A DNA stretch of 64,000 nt from Alphaproteobacteria bacterium. Its GTDB lineage: Bacteria > Pseudomonadota > Alphaproteobacteria > UBA7985. The stretch lies in contig OZ245893.1 of the NCBI GenBank assembly GCA_965229645.1, forward strand, positions 534,965-598,964, in the 5' to 3' direction. The notes under the pieces are model-generated. The model was not told the origin of the DNA and did no database searches. It saw only the letters and a program-made list of their open reading frames with translations. The position numbers were made by a program, and so were the translations under genes. Below are positions 30,657 to 44,186 of the stretch, one piece after another. The number at the start of each line of letters is the position of its first letter. Within the stretch, counting starts at the first letter, position 1.

Positions 30657-31319
30657 ATGAAAGTGACGTTCATTGTGGGGAAACCTGTGTTTGCACAGCA
30701 ACGCATCGCCATGGTTGATGGCCAGTTGCGGACCAACAAGATCATCGATCCAACGGTGATCGACCTGTTTTTGTCGACGCCGCGCGAAGCCTTTGCACCC
30801 AAGGGCCGCGAGAACGCGGCTTATGTCGATGAAGACGTGGCCTTGGGGCACGGGCGCAGCCTGATGGAACCCTTGGTCGCCGCGCGTTTGTTGCAAGCTG
30901 CGGACTTGCGCGCGGGTCAACGGGCCCTGGTGATCGCGGGCGGCAATGGCTACTTGCCCCGTTTGCTCTGCGACACAGGCCTCCTCGTCACGGTCGTTGA
31001 ACCCGTCGTCGAATTGGCGGCGCAGGGCAAAGATCAGGTTCCCGAGGCGCAATGGGTCGATGGAGGGTTTGAGTCCATGCCGTTAGGCCCTTTTGAGCGC
31101 ATTTTTGTCGGCGGGGCGGTAACGCAGATTCCCAAAGCGTGGGCGGAGCTTCTCACCGACGATGGGCGGATTTTGACCCCCGTTTCTGGGCACAGCGGCA
31201 ACGACGGCGCGATCGTGGCGGCGCACCGGTCTGCCACGGGCCTTTCGCACCAAACTTTAGCCAACGCTGCAGTCCCCACTTTGCCAGAGTTTCAAAGTTC
31301 CGCCCAATTTGAATTTTAG
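30657..31319 (+). CDS. pcm: Protein-L-isoaspartate O-methyltransferase family
   Basis: RIAMVDGQLRTN, PREAF and AYVDED motifs; precedes tolC. Confidence 0.85.
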   Translation: MKVTFIVGKPVFAQQRIAMVDGQLRTNKIIDPTVIDLFLSTPREAFAPKGRENAAYVDEDVALGHGRSLMEPLVAARLLQAADLRAGQRALVIAGGNGYLPRLLCDTGLLVTVVEPVVELAAQGKDQVPEAQWVDGGFESMPLGPFERIFVGGAVTQIPKAWAELLTDDGRILTPVSGHSGNDGAIVAAHRSATGLSHQTLANAAVPTLPEFQSSAQFEF

Positions 31320-31329
31320 AAGTACCCCT

Positions 31330-32727
31330 ATGATCCGTTCCCTTAAACCTTCCCTTGCATTCCTGCGTAACTTTGTTGTGGGCGGCTTGATCTCCTTGGC
31401 CCCCACGGGCCTCGCCACGGCCCAGTCGCTGGGCGAGGCGCTGGTGCAAACCTTTGAAACCAATCCAGATTTGATCGTCGCGCGCGCCCAGGCGATTCAG
31501 GCGGTCGAGACGTACAACGATTCGGTCGCGCAAACGCGTCTGCGCATCGACGGCAGCTTCAGCGGCAATGCTGCGACCAGCAACAGCGTCAGCACGTCGA
31601 ATCCGAACGGCGATTCCCAGTCGGACGAAAGTACCGAGGTCTCACTCTCCTTTTCCCAGCACCTCTTTCAAGGCTCCTTTGACGGGATTCCCGCTGGATT
31701 GCGCATGGCCCTAGGCGACGTGACCGCGGCGCATGCCACCTACAAGGCCGCTGAGATGAGTGCCCTGTCCTCGGCGGTGTCCGCCTACATGGCCGTTGTC
31801 CGCGACGAAGGCGCCTTAGCGGTCGCATTGTCGGGCGTTGGCACGGCGGAGCAGGAATTGGAGGCTGCGCAAGCGCGGTTGAGCGCGGGGGAGGGGACCC
31901 GTACCGATTTGGCCTTGGCCCAAAGCGGATTGGCGCAAGCCCAAACCGTCGCAACGCTGGCCCGAGCCACTTTAAGCTCGACCAAAGCAACCTTCGTGCA
32001 AGTGATCGGCCAACCCCCGGAACAACCGCGCGATCCTGGATTTCCTGCTTTGCCCGCGACGCTTGATGCCGCTTTGCAAACGGCCTTGAGCGACCATCCT
32101 CAGATCCAAGCGGCGGAGATCAATTTGAACATCGCGCGAGATCGGGTCATTACCATCCGCGCCCAGTACGGCGTCAACGTCTCGGCCCAGGGCAGCCTTA
32201 GCAAGTCTTGGGACGGGATCGGCAGCGGCGAGGATACGGATGCGAGTTCCATTGGGTTTACCGCGTCTCTGCCGCTCTATACCAGCGGCCAGCGTGAGGC
32301 GGCGCTGGCGTCGGTCGAACAGGGCGTGCTGATCGCCGAAGCGAACTTGACGGGGCAAAAGGCCGCGATTGAGGCGCAAGTGCGCGCCGCCTGGGCCAAC
32401 GCAGACGCCCAGTTTGAAAACCTCAACAGACGCGTGACCATCACCAACGCGCAAGAACTGGTCTTGCGCGCCACCGAAGCCGAATTTGACGCGGGCACAA
32501 CCACATTCCTGGCCGTTCAAAACGCCCAGCAGGACTATCTGGAGGCCCAAGATCAGTACGTCAGCGATAAGTCCAACGCCGTGACGGCCGCCTATACCTT
32601 GCTCGCGGCCATTGGGGGGATGACCACAGAGGCGCTTGACTTGCCCGTCCCCCATTTTGATACGTTGGCGGTATTGGATGAAAACCGTGTGCGGTCGTAC
32701 CCCCAACTCCTCTTTGGTGTGAAATAG
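31330..32727 (+). CDS. tolC: TolC family outer-membrane protein
   Basis: Signal peptide, QSLGEAL..., GEGTRTD, PLYTSG; pcm-tolC synteny. Confidence 0.85.
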   Translation: MIRSLKPSLAFLRNFVVGGLISLAPTGLATAQSLGEALVQTFETNPDLIVARAQAIQAVETYNDSVAQTRLRIDGSFSGNAATSNSVSTSNPNGDSQSDESTEVSLSFSQHLFQGSFDGIPAGLRMALGDVTAAHATYKAAEMSALSSAVSAYMAVVRDEGALAVALSGVGTAEQELEAAQARLSAGEGTRTDLALAQSGLAQAQTVATLARATLSSTKATFVQVIGQPPEQPRDPGFPALPATLDAALQTALSDHPQIQAAEINLNIARDRVITIRAQYGVNVSAQGSLSKSWDGIGSGEDTDASSIGFTASLPLYTSGQREAALASVEQGVLIAEANLTGQKAAIEAQVRAAWANADAQFENLNRRVTITNAQELVLRATEAEFDAGTTTFLAVQNAQQDYLEAQDQYVSDKSNAVTAAYTLLAAIGGMTTEALDLPVPHFDTLAVLDENRVRSYPQLLFGVK

Positions 32728-32786
32728 TCGCGCAAATCCTGATTGCTGTTTGAAAAACCCCTGCTGGGGGTGAGAGGGCCAGCGCT

Positions 32787-35450
<2,664 letters not shown>

Positions 35451-35486
35451 AGTCCCTGCGCCAAGGCTAAGCAGGCCAGCACAAGT

Positions 35487-36335
35487 TCAGCCTTCGCGGG
35501 CACGCACCTGATCTCTTAAGAGGGTGTCTTCGCAAACCGCAGCGGCATCCATATGGTCAAAATAGGCCCAGTTCTTGGCCCCATCGGCGTCGGGATTGGT
35601 CGCGGAACCGCGGGACATTTTGACCTTCTCAAAATACTCGCGGCTTTGGATGACGTAGTGGTTCAGCTGCAGGGTGTCGTTTTCGAAGGAAACTCTTGCC
35701 GAGTTCACCGAATAAACCTTATGCAGTCCAAACGATCGGAAGTGGCAGAGTTTTCGCGACCGACATAACCATTTTGTGTTTTCGAACTGGCCCAGGGACT
35801 GATGGCATGAGGTGAAACTCTTGCGAATCGAAGCGGGTTGCTCCTGGAGCCCGTTGCTACCAAAAATCTTCCATCGCAGATATAGGAGATCAATCTTCGG
35901 GTTGAGGCGGGTCAGGTAGTTGGCCAGTCTGCCGCCCGCTTTCACAAACCAAAACTCGTCCAAATCGGCGATCAATATCCATTCAAACCGACGCCGAAGC
36001 TCAAACCGCTTAATCGCGCGCCAGTAGTGACCCGCTTGGTTCCACTTTTGCGTCCATTGAATGCAGGAGACACGCCCTGTTTGAGCGCGTGATGCCGCGA
36101 TCTCGAACGATCTATCGGTACTTCCGTTATCGATCAAAACGATGTGGTCAGCACCCTGTTCCAAGTAGTGGTCGATCCATTCTTCAACGATGAACGCCTC
36201 GTTTTTCATGATGCCGACAACGACGAGTTGCCCCTCCTGCGTGGCTGCGCGCCGTGCGGACAGGGCCTTGTTGTATTGATCGCGCTTTGCGCGAAACCAA
36301 AGTCGTAGCCAGCGTCTAAGCGGGGTGTTTTTCAC
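35487..36335 (-). CDS. Glycosyltransferase family 2-like protein
   Basis: MKNEA..EWIDHY, DNGSTD, DLDEF and LNHY motifs. Confidence 0.8.
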   Translation of the reverse strand: MKNTPLRRWLRLWFRAKRDQYNKALSARRAATQEGQLVVVGIMKNEAFIVEEWIDHYLEQGADHIVLIDNGSTDRSFEIAASRAQTGRVSCIQWTQKWNQAGHYWRAIKRFELRRRFEWILIADLDEFWFVKAGGRLANYLTRLNPKIDLLYLRWKIFGSNGLQEQPASIRKSFTSCHQSLGQFENTKWLCRSRKLCHFRSFGLHKVYSVNSARVSFENDTLQLNHYVIQSREYFEKVKMSRGSATNPDADGAKNWAYFDHMDAAAVCEDTLLRDQVRAREG

Positions 36336-36408
36336 TGTGGGTTTGGGGCCAAGTTACGCGGGCACAGCGAAATGCGGGCTCGCGATCCAAGATACGGCAC
36401 GCCTAATC

Positions 36409-37092
36409 TTAATCGCGTTCATCGCGCAAATAGAGCTGCCCACGAATATCGCCAAAGAAGGTTTGTCCCGCGGTATGAAGGTTGAAATAGAGTTCGTTCT
36501 GAAGCCCGATTTGCGCCATACCCGCGACGGTTTTGACCTTGCCCCCGGGTGCCGTCGGCACGATGGGGCACCCACTGGTGAAGGCGCCAACGAGCCCGTG
36601 GCCATGTTCGCTGGTTGCGACAATCAGGTCGTTGTCGATCGTCGCGGTGAAAACTCCATCGGCAAATTCCGCGCTCAAATCGCGGCCGAGGCCCAGGTCC
36701 GCAATGATCGGCCCCAGTTGGCCTGGGCGTCCGCAGTGGATGTGAAACATGACGACCTGATCGGCGGGGACATGTTCGACGTCAAGGCGCACGCGCGCGT
36801 GGCTCAAGTCCCGATCGAAAACGACGACGCCATGGCCCCGCGAAGCGCGCTCGGCGCGGGGTATCGACGGGGCGGTGGACCGAAAGACTCTCGGGGTAAG
36901 TGCTGGCGTATCTTCCTCTTCTGCGGGTTCCTGATGCGGGGATAAATAAGCCTCAAAAACCAACCCTGGCAAATCGCCATCGGCGGGATTGAGCGGGAAA
37001 TTCGCCAGCATGTCGTCGGCATGGACAAGCGCACTGCCCATGGTCATAAACATCGATACACCCCAGGCCAGAAGCGAGTCTTGTGGTTTCAT
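36409..37092 (-). CDS. Exported CHRD-domain protein
   Basis: Signal peptide; FHIHCG, LYFNLHT and GDIRGQL motifs. Confidence 0.8.
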   Translation of the reverse strand: MKPQDSLLAWGVSMFMTMGSALVHADDMLANFPLNPADGDLPGLVFEAYLSPHQEPAEEEDTPALTPRVFRSTAPSIPRAERASRGHGVVVFDRDLSHARVRLDVEHVPADQVVMFHIHCGRPGQLGPIIADLGLGRDLSAEFADGVFTATIDNDLIVATSEHGHGLVGAFTSGCPIVPTAPGGKVKTVAGMAQIGLQNELYFNLHTAGQTFFGDIRGQLYLRDERD

Positions 37093-37274
37093 GATCGGGC
37101 TCCTTTGAAAACTCAGCCAATCTTAGACCTAAACTCGGGTTCTGATTTGGCGTCAAGGACGAAATTCTTCATTGGTCCTTGAGCAAGTTTAATGCCATTT
37201 TGCGTGTTTTGAATGGGTCGAATCGACTTCATCCCAGACGGCATGTCGGCGGGAAGAGTTTGTCACACTTGCGG

Positions 37275-37754
37275 TTAGTTTTGCAGGTTCCTCGAAGCCT
37301 CTCCCCGTCGATCCTTGAAAAACTTCTCCAATAGTTTCTCCGCTTTCCCTGCGCCCATGCCTGAGGAAACGTCGGGGCGATGATGGCACGTGGGGTGGTC
37401 AAAGATTTGCGGGCCGAACAAGACGCCGCCAGACTTGGGATCGCTCGCGGCGAAGACGAGCGCAGCGACGCGGGAATGGGCGATGGCAGCAGCGCACATG
37501 GGGCAAGGCTCTAGGGTAACCCAGAGGGTGCAGCTGGGGAGGAATTTGGTCTTGAGGGCCGAGCTGGCCCTTTCTATCGCCAGTATTTCGGCGTGGTGGG
37601 TTGCCTGACCGTGGGATTCGACCTCGTTATGGGCTTCCGCGATGATGCCGCCTTTGTACGTCACGACCGCGCCAACGGGAACTTCGCCGAAGCGGGCGGC
37701 CCGCTGCGCCAGCGCCAAGGCGCGTTGCATAGGGGGGGCGAGTTGCGTGGGCAC
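37275..37754 (-). CDS. tadA: tRNA adenosine deaminase
   Basis: GEVPVGA, HAE, TLEPCPMC and DPKSG motifs. Confidence 0.9.
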   Translation of the reverse strand: MPTQLAPPMQRALALAQRAARFGEVPVGAVVTYKGGIIAEAHNEVESHGQATHHAEILAIERASSALKTKFLPSCTLWVTLEPCPMCAAAIAHSRVAALVFAASDPKSGGVLFGPQIFDHPTCHHRPDVSSGMGAGKAEKLLEKFFKDRRGEASRNLQN

Positions 37755-37787
37755 AGGCCGTGTTGTGGACCGGGCTGAACGCGCGCC

Positions 37788-39215
37788 CTATCCAGTGCCG
37801 CCGACGGTCATGGCGTCGATTTTGAGCGAGGGTTGCCCAATACCTACGGGAACGCCTTGGCCCGCTTTGCCGCAGGTGCCAACCCCAGAATCGAGGGCAA
37901 AGTCGCCACCGACCATGGAAACACGTTGCATGGCCTCGGGACCGTTGCCGATCAAGGTAGCACCCTTGACGGGTTCGGCGACCTTGCCCCCCCGAATGCG
38001 GAACGCTTGCGTGCATTGAAAGGTGAATTGGCCTGAGACGATATCGACCTGGCCGCCACCAAAATTGGTCGCGTAGAGGCCGTCGTCGATAGAGGCGATC
38101 ATGTCCTCTACCTGATGGGGTCCCGCGGTCATGAAGGTGTTGGTCATGCGCGGCATGGGTTGGTGCTGGTAGGATTGGCGACGCCCATTGCCCGTCGCCG
38201 CCATGCCCATGAGACGGGCGTTTTGCCGATCCTGCATATAGCCGACCAATACGCCGTCTTCGATCAAGACATTTTCCGCTGTTGGGGTGCCTTCATCGTC
38301 AATGTTGAGGGACCCGCGCCGATCGGGCATGGTCCCGTCGTCGATCACGGTGACGCCGTCTGCGGCCACTTGCTGACCGATTTGACCACTGTAGATCGAC
38401 GTGCCTTTGCGGTTGAAATCACCCTCCAAGCCATGACCGACAGCTTCGTGGAGCATGACGCCTGGCCAGCCCGCGCCGAGCACAACTGGCAGTTCGCCCG
38501 CGGGAGCGGGGGCCGCGTCGAGGTTGAGGCGCGCTTGTTCCAGCGCCTTGGCAAGGGCGGCGTCCCACTTGTCCTGGCCCATGTAGGCATCGAGGGCGCG
38601 GCGACCGCCCCAGCCGTAGCTGCCCAGTTCGCGCTTGCCGTGTTTTTCCAAAGTCACGGACAGATTGATGCGGCACAGCGGGCGTAGATCAGCGACGGCA
38701 TCGGCGTTGGGGCGTTCGATCCGAACAGCCTGGAAACTGGTTAGGATGCTCGCGGACACCTGCACCACCGCAGGGTCGGCAGCGCGGGCCTTGCGGTCAA
38801 AGTTACTAAGGGCCTCGATTTTGTCCGCCAAGTCCCAATCATTTGGGGCGATGGGGCGCACGGGGCGTTGATTGGTGCCTGCAGGGGGCAGCGCGTAGGT
38901 GCCGCTGCGCCCCGCAAACAGGGCCTGCGTTGTTTCGCCCGCCCGCTTGAGCGCGGCGTCGGTCAAGGCACCCGCATGGGCGTAGGTGGTTTGGGCGCCC
39001 AAGACGCCCCTTAGACCAAAGCCTTGATCCTGGCTGTAGGCCGCGGTGCGAATCTCGGAGTTTTCCAAGATCAACGTATCTTGGTCGCGCCATTCGAAGA
39101 AGATCTCGCCGTCGTCGAGGTGGCCGAGGCGATCTGCGGCCACGCGCCGAACGGAGGCCGGATCGAGGCCAGGGCGGGTGTAGAACAGATCAAAGGTATG
39201 TGCCAGCGCGTCCAT
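37788..39215 (-). CDS. tldD: Metalloprotease TldD
   Basis: LHEAVGHGLEGDFNRKG, PMPRMTNT and CGKAGQGVPVG motifs; start MDALA at 39215. Confidence 0.95.
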   Translation of the reverse strand: MDALAHTFDLFYTRPGLDPASVRRVAADRLGHLDDGEIFFEWRDQDTLILENSEIRTAAYSQDQGFGLRGVLGAQTTYAHAGALTDAALKRAGETTQALFAGRSGTYALPPAGTNQRPVRPIAPNDWDLADKIEALSNFDRKARAADPAVVQVSASILTSFQAVRIERPNADAVADLRPLCRINLSVTLEKHGKRELGSYGWGGRRALDAYMGQDKWDAALAKALEQARLNLDAAPAPAGELPVVLGAGWPGVMLHEAVGHGLEGDFNRKGTSIYSGQIGQQVAADGVTVIDDGTMPDRRGSLNIDDEGTPTAENVLIEDGVLVGYMQDRQNARLMGMAATGNGRRQSYQHQPMPRMTNTFMTAGPHQVEDMIASIDDGLYATNFGGGQVDIVSGQFTFQCTQAFRIRGGKVAEPVKGATLIGNGPEAMQRVSMVGGDFALDSGVGTCGKAGQGVPVGIGQPSLKIDAMTVGGTG

Positions 39216-39464
39216 AGTGAGGCATATAAGTGGAGGCGCGCAAAACCCCAAGAGTTTCCCCGATGGCCGTAAATTTACGAGGCCACTAAAGTCGTTTAAC
39301 CGATTCAATCCAAATGCTTGTGGCTTTCGGGCATGGTCGGTTGGGAAACCAAACGCCGCTGTAGTGTCCCCATTTTTGCAAAAGTCTCACGTCTGTTTCA
39401 TATTCCCTTTGGTCCTGCCTTACGATAGAGTCCGCGCAGTCGATACCGTGCGAGATTCGGAAGG

Positions 39465-40565
39465 ATGCCCATGCGCCTAGTTTTTGTCTTTTTTGGGACC
39501 TTAGCCAGCCTTTGGCCGGGCCAAGTTCTGGCCCAGTTGGCCACGGTGGATGGCCCCAATCTTGGCTTTGCCAGTCCGCAAGGGCTGTTGTTCGGGACCG
39601 AGGCGAGCGAAGAAATGCAGTCGCTGGTCGGCATTGCCTTGCCGATTCTTTGGGTCATGATGCTAATCTGCGCCTTTGTCCTGCTGCTCTTGCTTTGGGT
39701 TGCTATACGCTACAATCGGCGCGCCAATCCCAACCCATCCAAGACAACGCATTCCACAATTCTAGAGGTGTTGTGGACGGGCATTCCCACGATCATTGTG
39801 ATCACCATCGGGTTTTTCGGCGTGCGGCAGGTCTTGGAGTTTGAGCGCACTCCCGCCTTAGGTATGGTCGCAGCCGACGGCAGCTACGATCCTGCCCAGA
39901 CGGTTCTCGACATCAATGTCCATGGCATGCCGTCGTGGAACTGGGAATACGAACTGACCTACTTCGGCGACGCCCAAACTTTGGCGGACCATCCCGAATT
40001 CTACGACACGGACTTGGGCGAAGGCGTGCTTAGGTCGGGTTTCCGCTACGTTTCCAACATGTTGGAGCATCCTGAAAAGGAACGCCGTCAAGCGGTTCCT
40101 GCGGGCGATATTGAGGCCACGCTGGCCCTATGGACGCAACCTGGGCGCGATCTTGATTTCTATCAATTCGACGTTGACCATCGCCTTGTCATCCCCTCGG
40201 GCGTCCGCGTCAATGTGAATGTCCAAGGGCCTTTAGATTCGGATAAGCAGCATGCTTGGGCAGTGCCAGCCTTCGGGGTAAAGCGAGATTTCTGGCCAGG
40301 CCGTGTGAATCCTGCGCACTTCCGTGTCCCCGAAGGCAACGAGGGGCTGTACTTTGGCCAATGCAGTGAGTTTTGCGGTGCCTACCATGCCTATATGCCC
40401 ATTGCGGTTCATGTGGTGACGCTGGAGCAATATCGCACCTACTTTGCCGCCCAAATGGCCGCAGCCCTTGCGGCGGCAGAGACAGGGGGCCTATTCGCCC
40501 CTGACTATCTGCCCGTCAATTTGCCCGCCCCCTACGGCACAGCGGGCAGTCTCGCGGCTCGCTAA
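39465..40565 (+). CDS. coxB: Cytochrome c oxidase subunit II (with loop insertions)
   Basis: LEVLWT; CuA ligands HAW and CSEFCGAYHAYM. Confidence 0.9.
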   Translation: MPMRLVFVFFGTLASLWPGQVLAQLATVDGPNLGFASPQGLLFGTEASEEMQSLVGIALPILWVMMLICAFVLLLLLWVAIRYNRRANPNPSKTTHSTILEVLWTGIPTIIVITIGFFGVRQVLEFERTPALGMVAADGSYDPAQTVLDINVHGMPSWNWEYELTYFGDAQTLADHPEFYDTDLGEGVLRSGFRYVSNMLEHPEKERRQAVPAGDIEATLALWTQPGRDLDFYQFDVDHRLVIPSGVRVNVNVQGPLDSDKQHAWAVPAFGVKRDFWPGRVNPAHFRVPEGNEGLYFGQCSEFCGAYHAYMPIAVHVVTLEQYRTYFAAQMAAALAAAETGGLFAPDYLPVNLPAPYGTAGSLAAR

Positions 40566-40610
40566 GGCACCCCTGCCAACGACAAGGAACAGAGGAAAGG
40601 TCCAGACAGC

Positions 40611-42215
40611 ATGAGTGCAACCCACGCCGACCCCCACGATCACAAGCCCAGCTTTATTGCGCGGTGGTTTTTCTCCACCAACCATAAGGACATCGGGACG
40701 CTTTATCTGATTTTCTCGCTCGTCGCCGTGCTGTTCGGCGGCGCCTATTCGGGCCTTATTCGCTTAGAACTTTTCAATGAGGCAAGCGTAGCGGGCGCGC
40801 TGAGCCAGTGCGTTGGCGGGGCGTGCGGGGATGTATTTAACCAGTGGATAACGCTTCACGGCTTAATCATGATTTTCTTTGTGGTCATGCCTGCGCTGAT
40901 CGGCGGTTTTGGCAATTGGTTCGTCCCGCTGATGATCGGCGCACCCGACATGGCCTTCCCACGGCTCAACAACATCTCGTTCTGGTTGCTGGTACCTGCG
41001 TTCATTTTGCTCATGTACTCGGGCGCGAACAACTCCTGGGTGTTCTATCCGCCGTTTTCGTCCAGCGCCGCGCAGGCCGATTCCACGCCTTGGCTCATTT
41101 TTGCCCTCCACCTTGCTGGGGCCTCCTCAATTCTCGGCGCGATCAACTTCATTACCACCATATTCAACATGCGCGCGCCGGGCATGAGCCTTATGAAGAT
41201 GCCGCTGTTCGCTTGGTCCATGCTGGTAACGGCATTTTTGCTGCTGCTCGCGGTCCCCGTGTTGGGCGGGGCAATTACCATGCTGCTGTTCGATATTTTA
41301 TTTTCAACCGACTTCTTCAATGCGGCCGAGGGCGGGGACCCCGTTTTGTTCCAGCATTTGTTTTGGTTCTTCGGCCACCCAGAGGTTTACATTATGATCC
41401 TTCCTGGCTTCGGGATCGTCTCACACATTGTCTCGACCTTTTCGCGCAAGCCCATCTTCGGGTACGCGGGCATGGTGTTTGCCATGGTCGGCATTGGATT
41501 TATCGGGTTCATTGTTTGGGCGCACCACATGTACACCGTGGGCCTAGGGTCGACGGGGCTCGTTTATTTCACTATCGCCACCTTGGTGATCGCGGTGCCG
41601 ACAGGGATCAAAATTTTCTCCTGGATCGCCACCATGTGGGGCGGTTCCATCACCTTCAACACCCCCATGCTCTGGGCCGTTGGGTTCATCTTTCTCTTTA
41701 CCGTCGGCGGCGCGTCGGGGGTCATGCTCGCGGTGGCGTCCAGTACTCGGGCCTATCACGACACTTACTTCGTGGTCGCGCACTTCCACTACGTGCTGTC
41801 CATGGGGGCCGTGTTCGCGATTTTTGCAGGGTTCTACTACTGGATCGGCAAAATGTCGGGCCGAACGTACCCCGAATGGGCGGGAAAGCTGCATTTTTGG
41901 CTATTCTTCATTGGTGTCAACGTCACCTTCTTTCCCCAACACTTCGTCGGCTTGCAGGGCGGCCCGCGCCGCTATTCCGAGATGCTCGGGCCCTTTGAGT
42001 TTTGGAACCAAATCTCTTCCTATGGCGCTTTTGGGACCTTGCTGGTTACGGGCCTATTTTATATCCTCGCCATCTATATCGTCACCGCAGGTCGCCGCGT
42101 CGGGGCAGCTTATTGGGGGGAGGGTGCCAAGACCCTGGAATGGACGGTAAGCTCACCGCCACCCTTCCACACCTTTGACACCTTGCCAGTGATTGAGGGT
42201 GACCCCAATCACTAA
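40611..42215 (+). CDS. ctaD: Cytochrome c oxidase subunit I (A1 type)
   Basis: [33 protein letters not shown] and PRR motifs. Confidence 0.97.
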   Translation: MSATHADPHDHKPSFIARWFFSTNHKDIGTLYLIFSLVAVLFGGAYSGLIRLELFNEASVAGALSQCVGGACGDVFNQWITLHGLIMIFFVVMPALIGGFGNWFVPLMIGAPDMAFPRLNNISFWLLVPAFILLMYSGANNSWVFYPPFSSSAAQADSTPWLIFALHLAGASSILGAINFITTIFNMRAPGMSLMKMPLFAWSMLVTAFLLLLAVPVLGGAITMLLFDILFSTDFFNAAEGGDPVLFQHLFWFFGHPEVYIMILPGFGIVSHIVSTFSRKPIFGYAGMVFAMVGIGFIGFIVWAHHMYTVGLGSTGLVYFTIATLVIAVPTGIKIFSWIATMWGGSITFNTPMLWAVGFIFLFTVGGASGVMLAVASSTRAYHDTYFVVAHFHYVLSMGAVFAIFAGFYYWIGKMSGRTYPEWAGKLHFWLFFIGVNVTFFPQHFVGLQGGPRRYSEMLGPFEFWNQISSYGAFGTLLVTGLFYILAIYIVTAGRRVGAAYWGEGAKTLEWTVSSPPPFHTFDTLPVIEGDPNH

Positions 42216-42263
42216 GGCCCCGCTCCGTCCGTCCAATTCGTTGCAGACTCTAAGGTTTCGGTC

Positions 42264-43178
42264 ATGACTGCCGCAACGGCTTCCCTAGCGTTCGGGCGAG
42301 AAACTGAGACCACCTTGGGCACTTATTTTGATCTGTTTAAGCCCCGGGTCATGTCCCTTGTGGTCTTTACGGGGTTCGTTGGTCTGTGGATGGCCCCTGG
42401 CAGCATTTCGATCGGCGATACCCTTATCGCCATTGCGTGCCTCGCCGCCAACGCAGGCGCGGCGGGGGCGATCAATATGTGGTACGACGCCGACATCGAC
42501 GCGATTATGGAACGGACGGCGTCCCGCCCGATCCCCACGGGCAAGGTGCAGGCGCGAACCGCGCTTTACCTAGGGATTTGGGTCAGCGGGTTTTCGGCGC
42601 TGATCATGGGGCTTATGGTCAACTGGCTCGCGGCGGGTCTGCTGGTTGCCGCCAACTTTTACTATGTGGTTATTTACACCCTGTGGCTGAAGCGGCGCTC
42701 GGCGCAGAATATTGTGATCGGCGGTGGGGCAGGGGCGTTCCCGCCCCTGATCGGCTGGGTTGCGGTCATGGGTACCTTGGATTGGACGCCCTTCGTGCTG
42801 TTTTTGCTGATCTTTGTCTGGACCCCGCCGCATTTCTGGGGGCTGGCCCTGTATCGCATGGGGGACTATGCGGCGGCAGGGGTGCCCATGTTGCCCAATG
42901 TGGCCGGACGTTGGGTGACGCGAGTCCATATTTTTGCCTACACGCTCCTATTGCTCCCCCTCGCAATCGCCCCCTTCTTCATGGGCGCGGCAGGGACGGT
43001 CTATGCGATTGGCGCGGGCATCCTGAGCCTTGCGTTCGTGGCCTTGAGCGCGCAGCTGCTGTTGCAGGACAGCGACGGTAAGGCGCGAGCCGTCTTCGGG
43101 CTGTCGATTGCTTACCTATTTTTGATCTTTGGGTTGCTGGTCCTCGATGGGCGCGGCGTCAGTTTCGCAGGTCTATAG
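42264..43178 (+). CDS. cyoE: Protoheme IX farnesyltransferase
   Basis: KPRVMSLV, DADIDAIMERT..RP, QNIVIGG and WTPPHFW motifs. Confidence 0.95.
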   Translation: MTAATASLAFGRETETTLGTYFDLFKPRVMSLVVFTGFVGLWMAPGSISIGDTLIAIACLAANAGAAGAINMWYDADIDAIMERTASRPIPTGKVQARTALYLGIWVSGFSALIMGLMVNWLAAGLLVAANFYYVVIYTLWLKRRSAQNIVIGGGAGAFPPLIGWVAVMGTLDWTPFVLFLLIFVWTPPHFWGLALYRMGDYAAAGVPMLPNVAGRWVTRVHIFAYTLLLLPLAIAPFFMGAAGTVYAIGAGILSLAFVALSAQLLLQDSDGKARAVFGLSIAYLFLIFGLLVLDGRGVSFAGL

Positions 43179-43182
43179 TCAG

Positions 43183-43455
43183 ATGACCGACCCAGCGCAA
43201 CGCAAGCAGCATGACGCCAGCGCTTACTATGCCAGCCGCCGCACGGGCAACTGGCTGATTTTGGTCGCCATACTGGTCTTTGTCGCCTTTACCCTTGGGG
43301 TGACCATGGCCAAGTTCGACGTCGCCGAATTTATGAGTCTGACCCATGAATACGAAGCCCAGCAGCAGAGCCAGGAGGCACAGCGCACCTTAGAGCAAAA
43401 CCTGGACGCCGCGCGCCAGTCGGTTGCGGGTGAGGGCGGCCAGGGCGGGCAATGA
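43183..43455 (+). CDS. Small single-TM protein in the cox operon
   Basis: RR..N followed by one TM helix; sits between cyoE and ctaG, where small ORFs are common. Confidence 0.7.
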   Translation: MTDPAQRKQHDASAYYASRRTGNWLILVAILVFVAFTLGVTMAKFDVAEFMSLTHEYEAQQQSQEAQRTLEQNLDAARQSVAGEGGQGGQ

Positions 43456-44042
43456 TGACGCCTGCGACGAACCTCATCACCCCGCCCAACCCTTCGGATT
43501 CGGGCAAAGGTAGGACCCTGGCCCTGTTGATCGGCATTTTGGCGACCATGATCGCCTTCGTTGCGGCTTCGCCGACCCTTTACGATCTGTTTTGCCGCGT
43601 CACTGGTTACGGCGGCACCGCCGCAACTTTGACGGTGTACGAACGACCCGACGCCCAAATCACGGGGCTTGCGGTGCACGATCGCCCCTTTCAAGTCCGG
43701 GTCGAAGCGCTGGTGGGCGGGGACGCGCCCATCGAATTTGTTGCCAAGCAAGGTAAGGTTGAGGGATTTCACATCGGCCAGCGCCTTTTGCTGGAGTTCA
43801 GCGTCCAGAACACATCGAGCGAACCCATTGTCGCCCAGGCCATTCACCAGGTTTTGCCCGAGGTAATCGCGCCCTACTTGCAGGTTCAGGAGTGTTTTTG
43901 CACCTCCGAACAAACCTTGTATCCAGGCGAATTGCACGAGTATGCCTTGGTCATGCGCTTTGACCCGCGCGCGGTCGAACAACCCGATGTTTTGCGCGAG
44001 GCCGCCATTCGGGTTCGATACGAATACCTCAAAAAATCCTAG
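43452..44042 (+). CDS. ctaG: Cytochrome c oxidase assembly protein Cox11/CtaG
   Basis: LYDLFCRVTGYGGT and ECFC motifs. Confidence 0.9.
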   Translation: MMTPATNLITPPNPSDSGKGRTLALLIGILATMIAFVAASPTLYDLFCRVTGYGGTAATLTVYERPDAQITGLAVHDRPFQVRVEALVGGDAPIEFVAKQGKVEGFHIGQRLLLEFSVQNTSSEPIVAQAIHQVLPEVIAPYLQVQECFCTSEQTLYPGELHEYALVMRFDPRAVEQPDVLREAAIRVRYEYLKKS

Positions 44043-44186
44043 CGCGAGCGCTGCCTGCTTGGCATTTGAAGGGAACTCGTAACCCCTTGTTGTTGAGGGT
44101 GATTTCCCTCAATCGCGCCGTTGCGCCCGCGCTTGGGCCGCGATAAGGGTCGAAGCCGAACGTCTGAGACCACGAAGGGGAGACTT

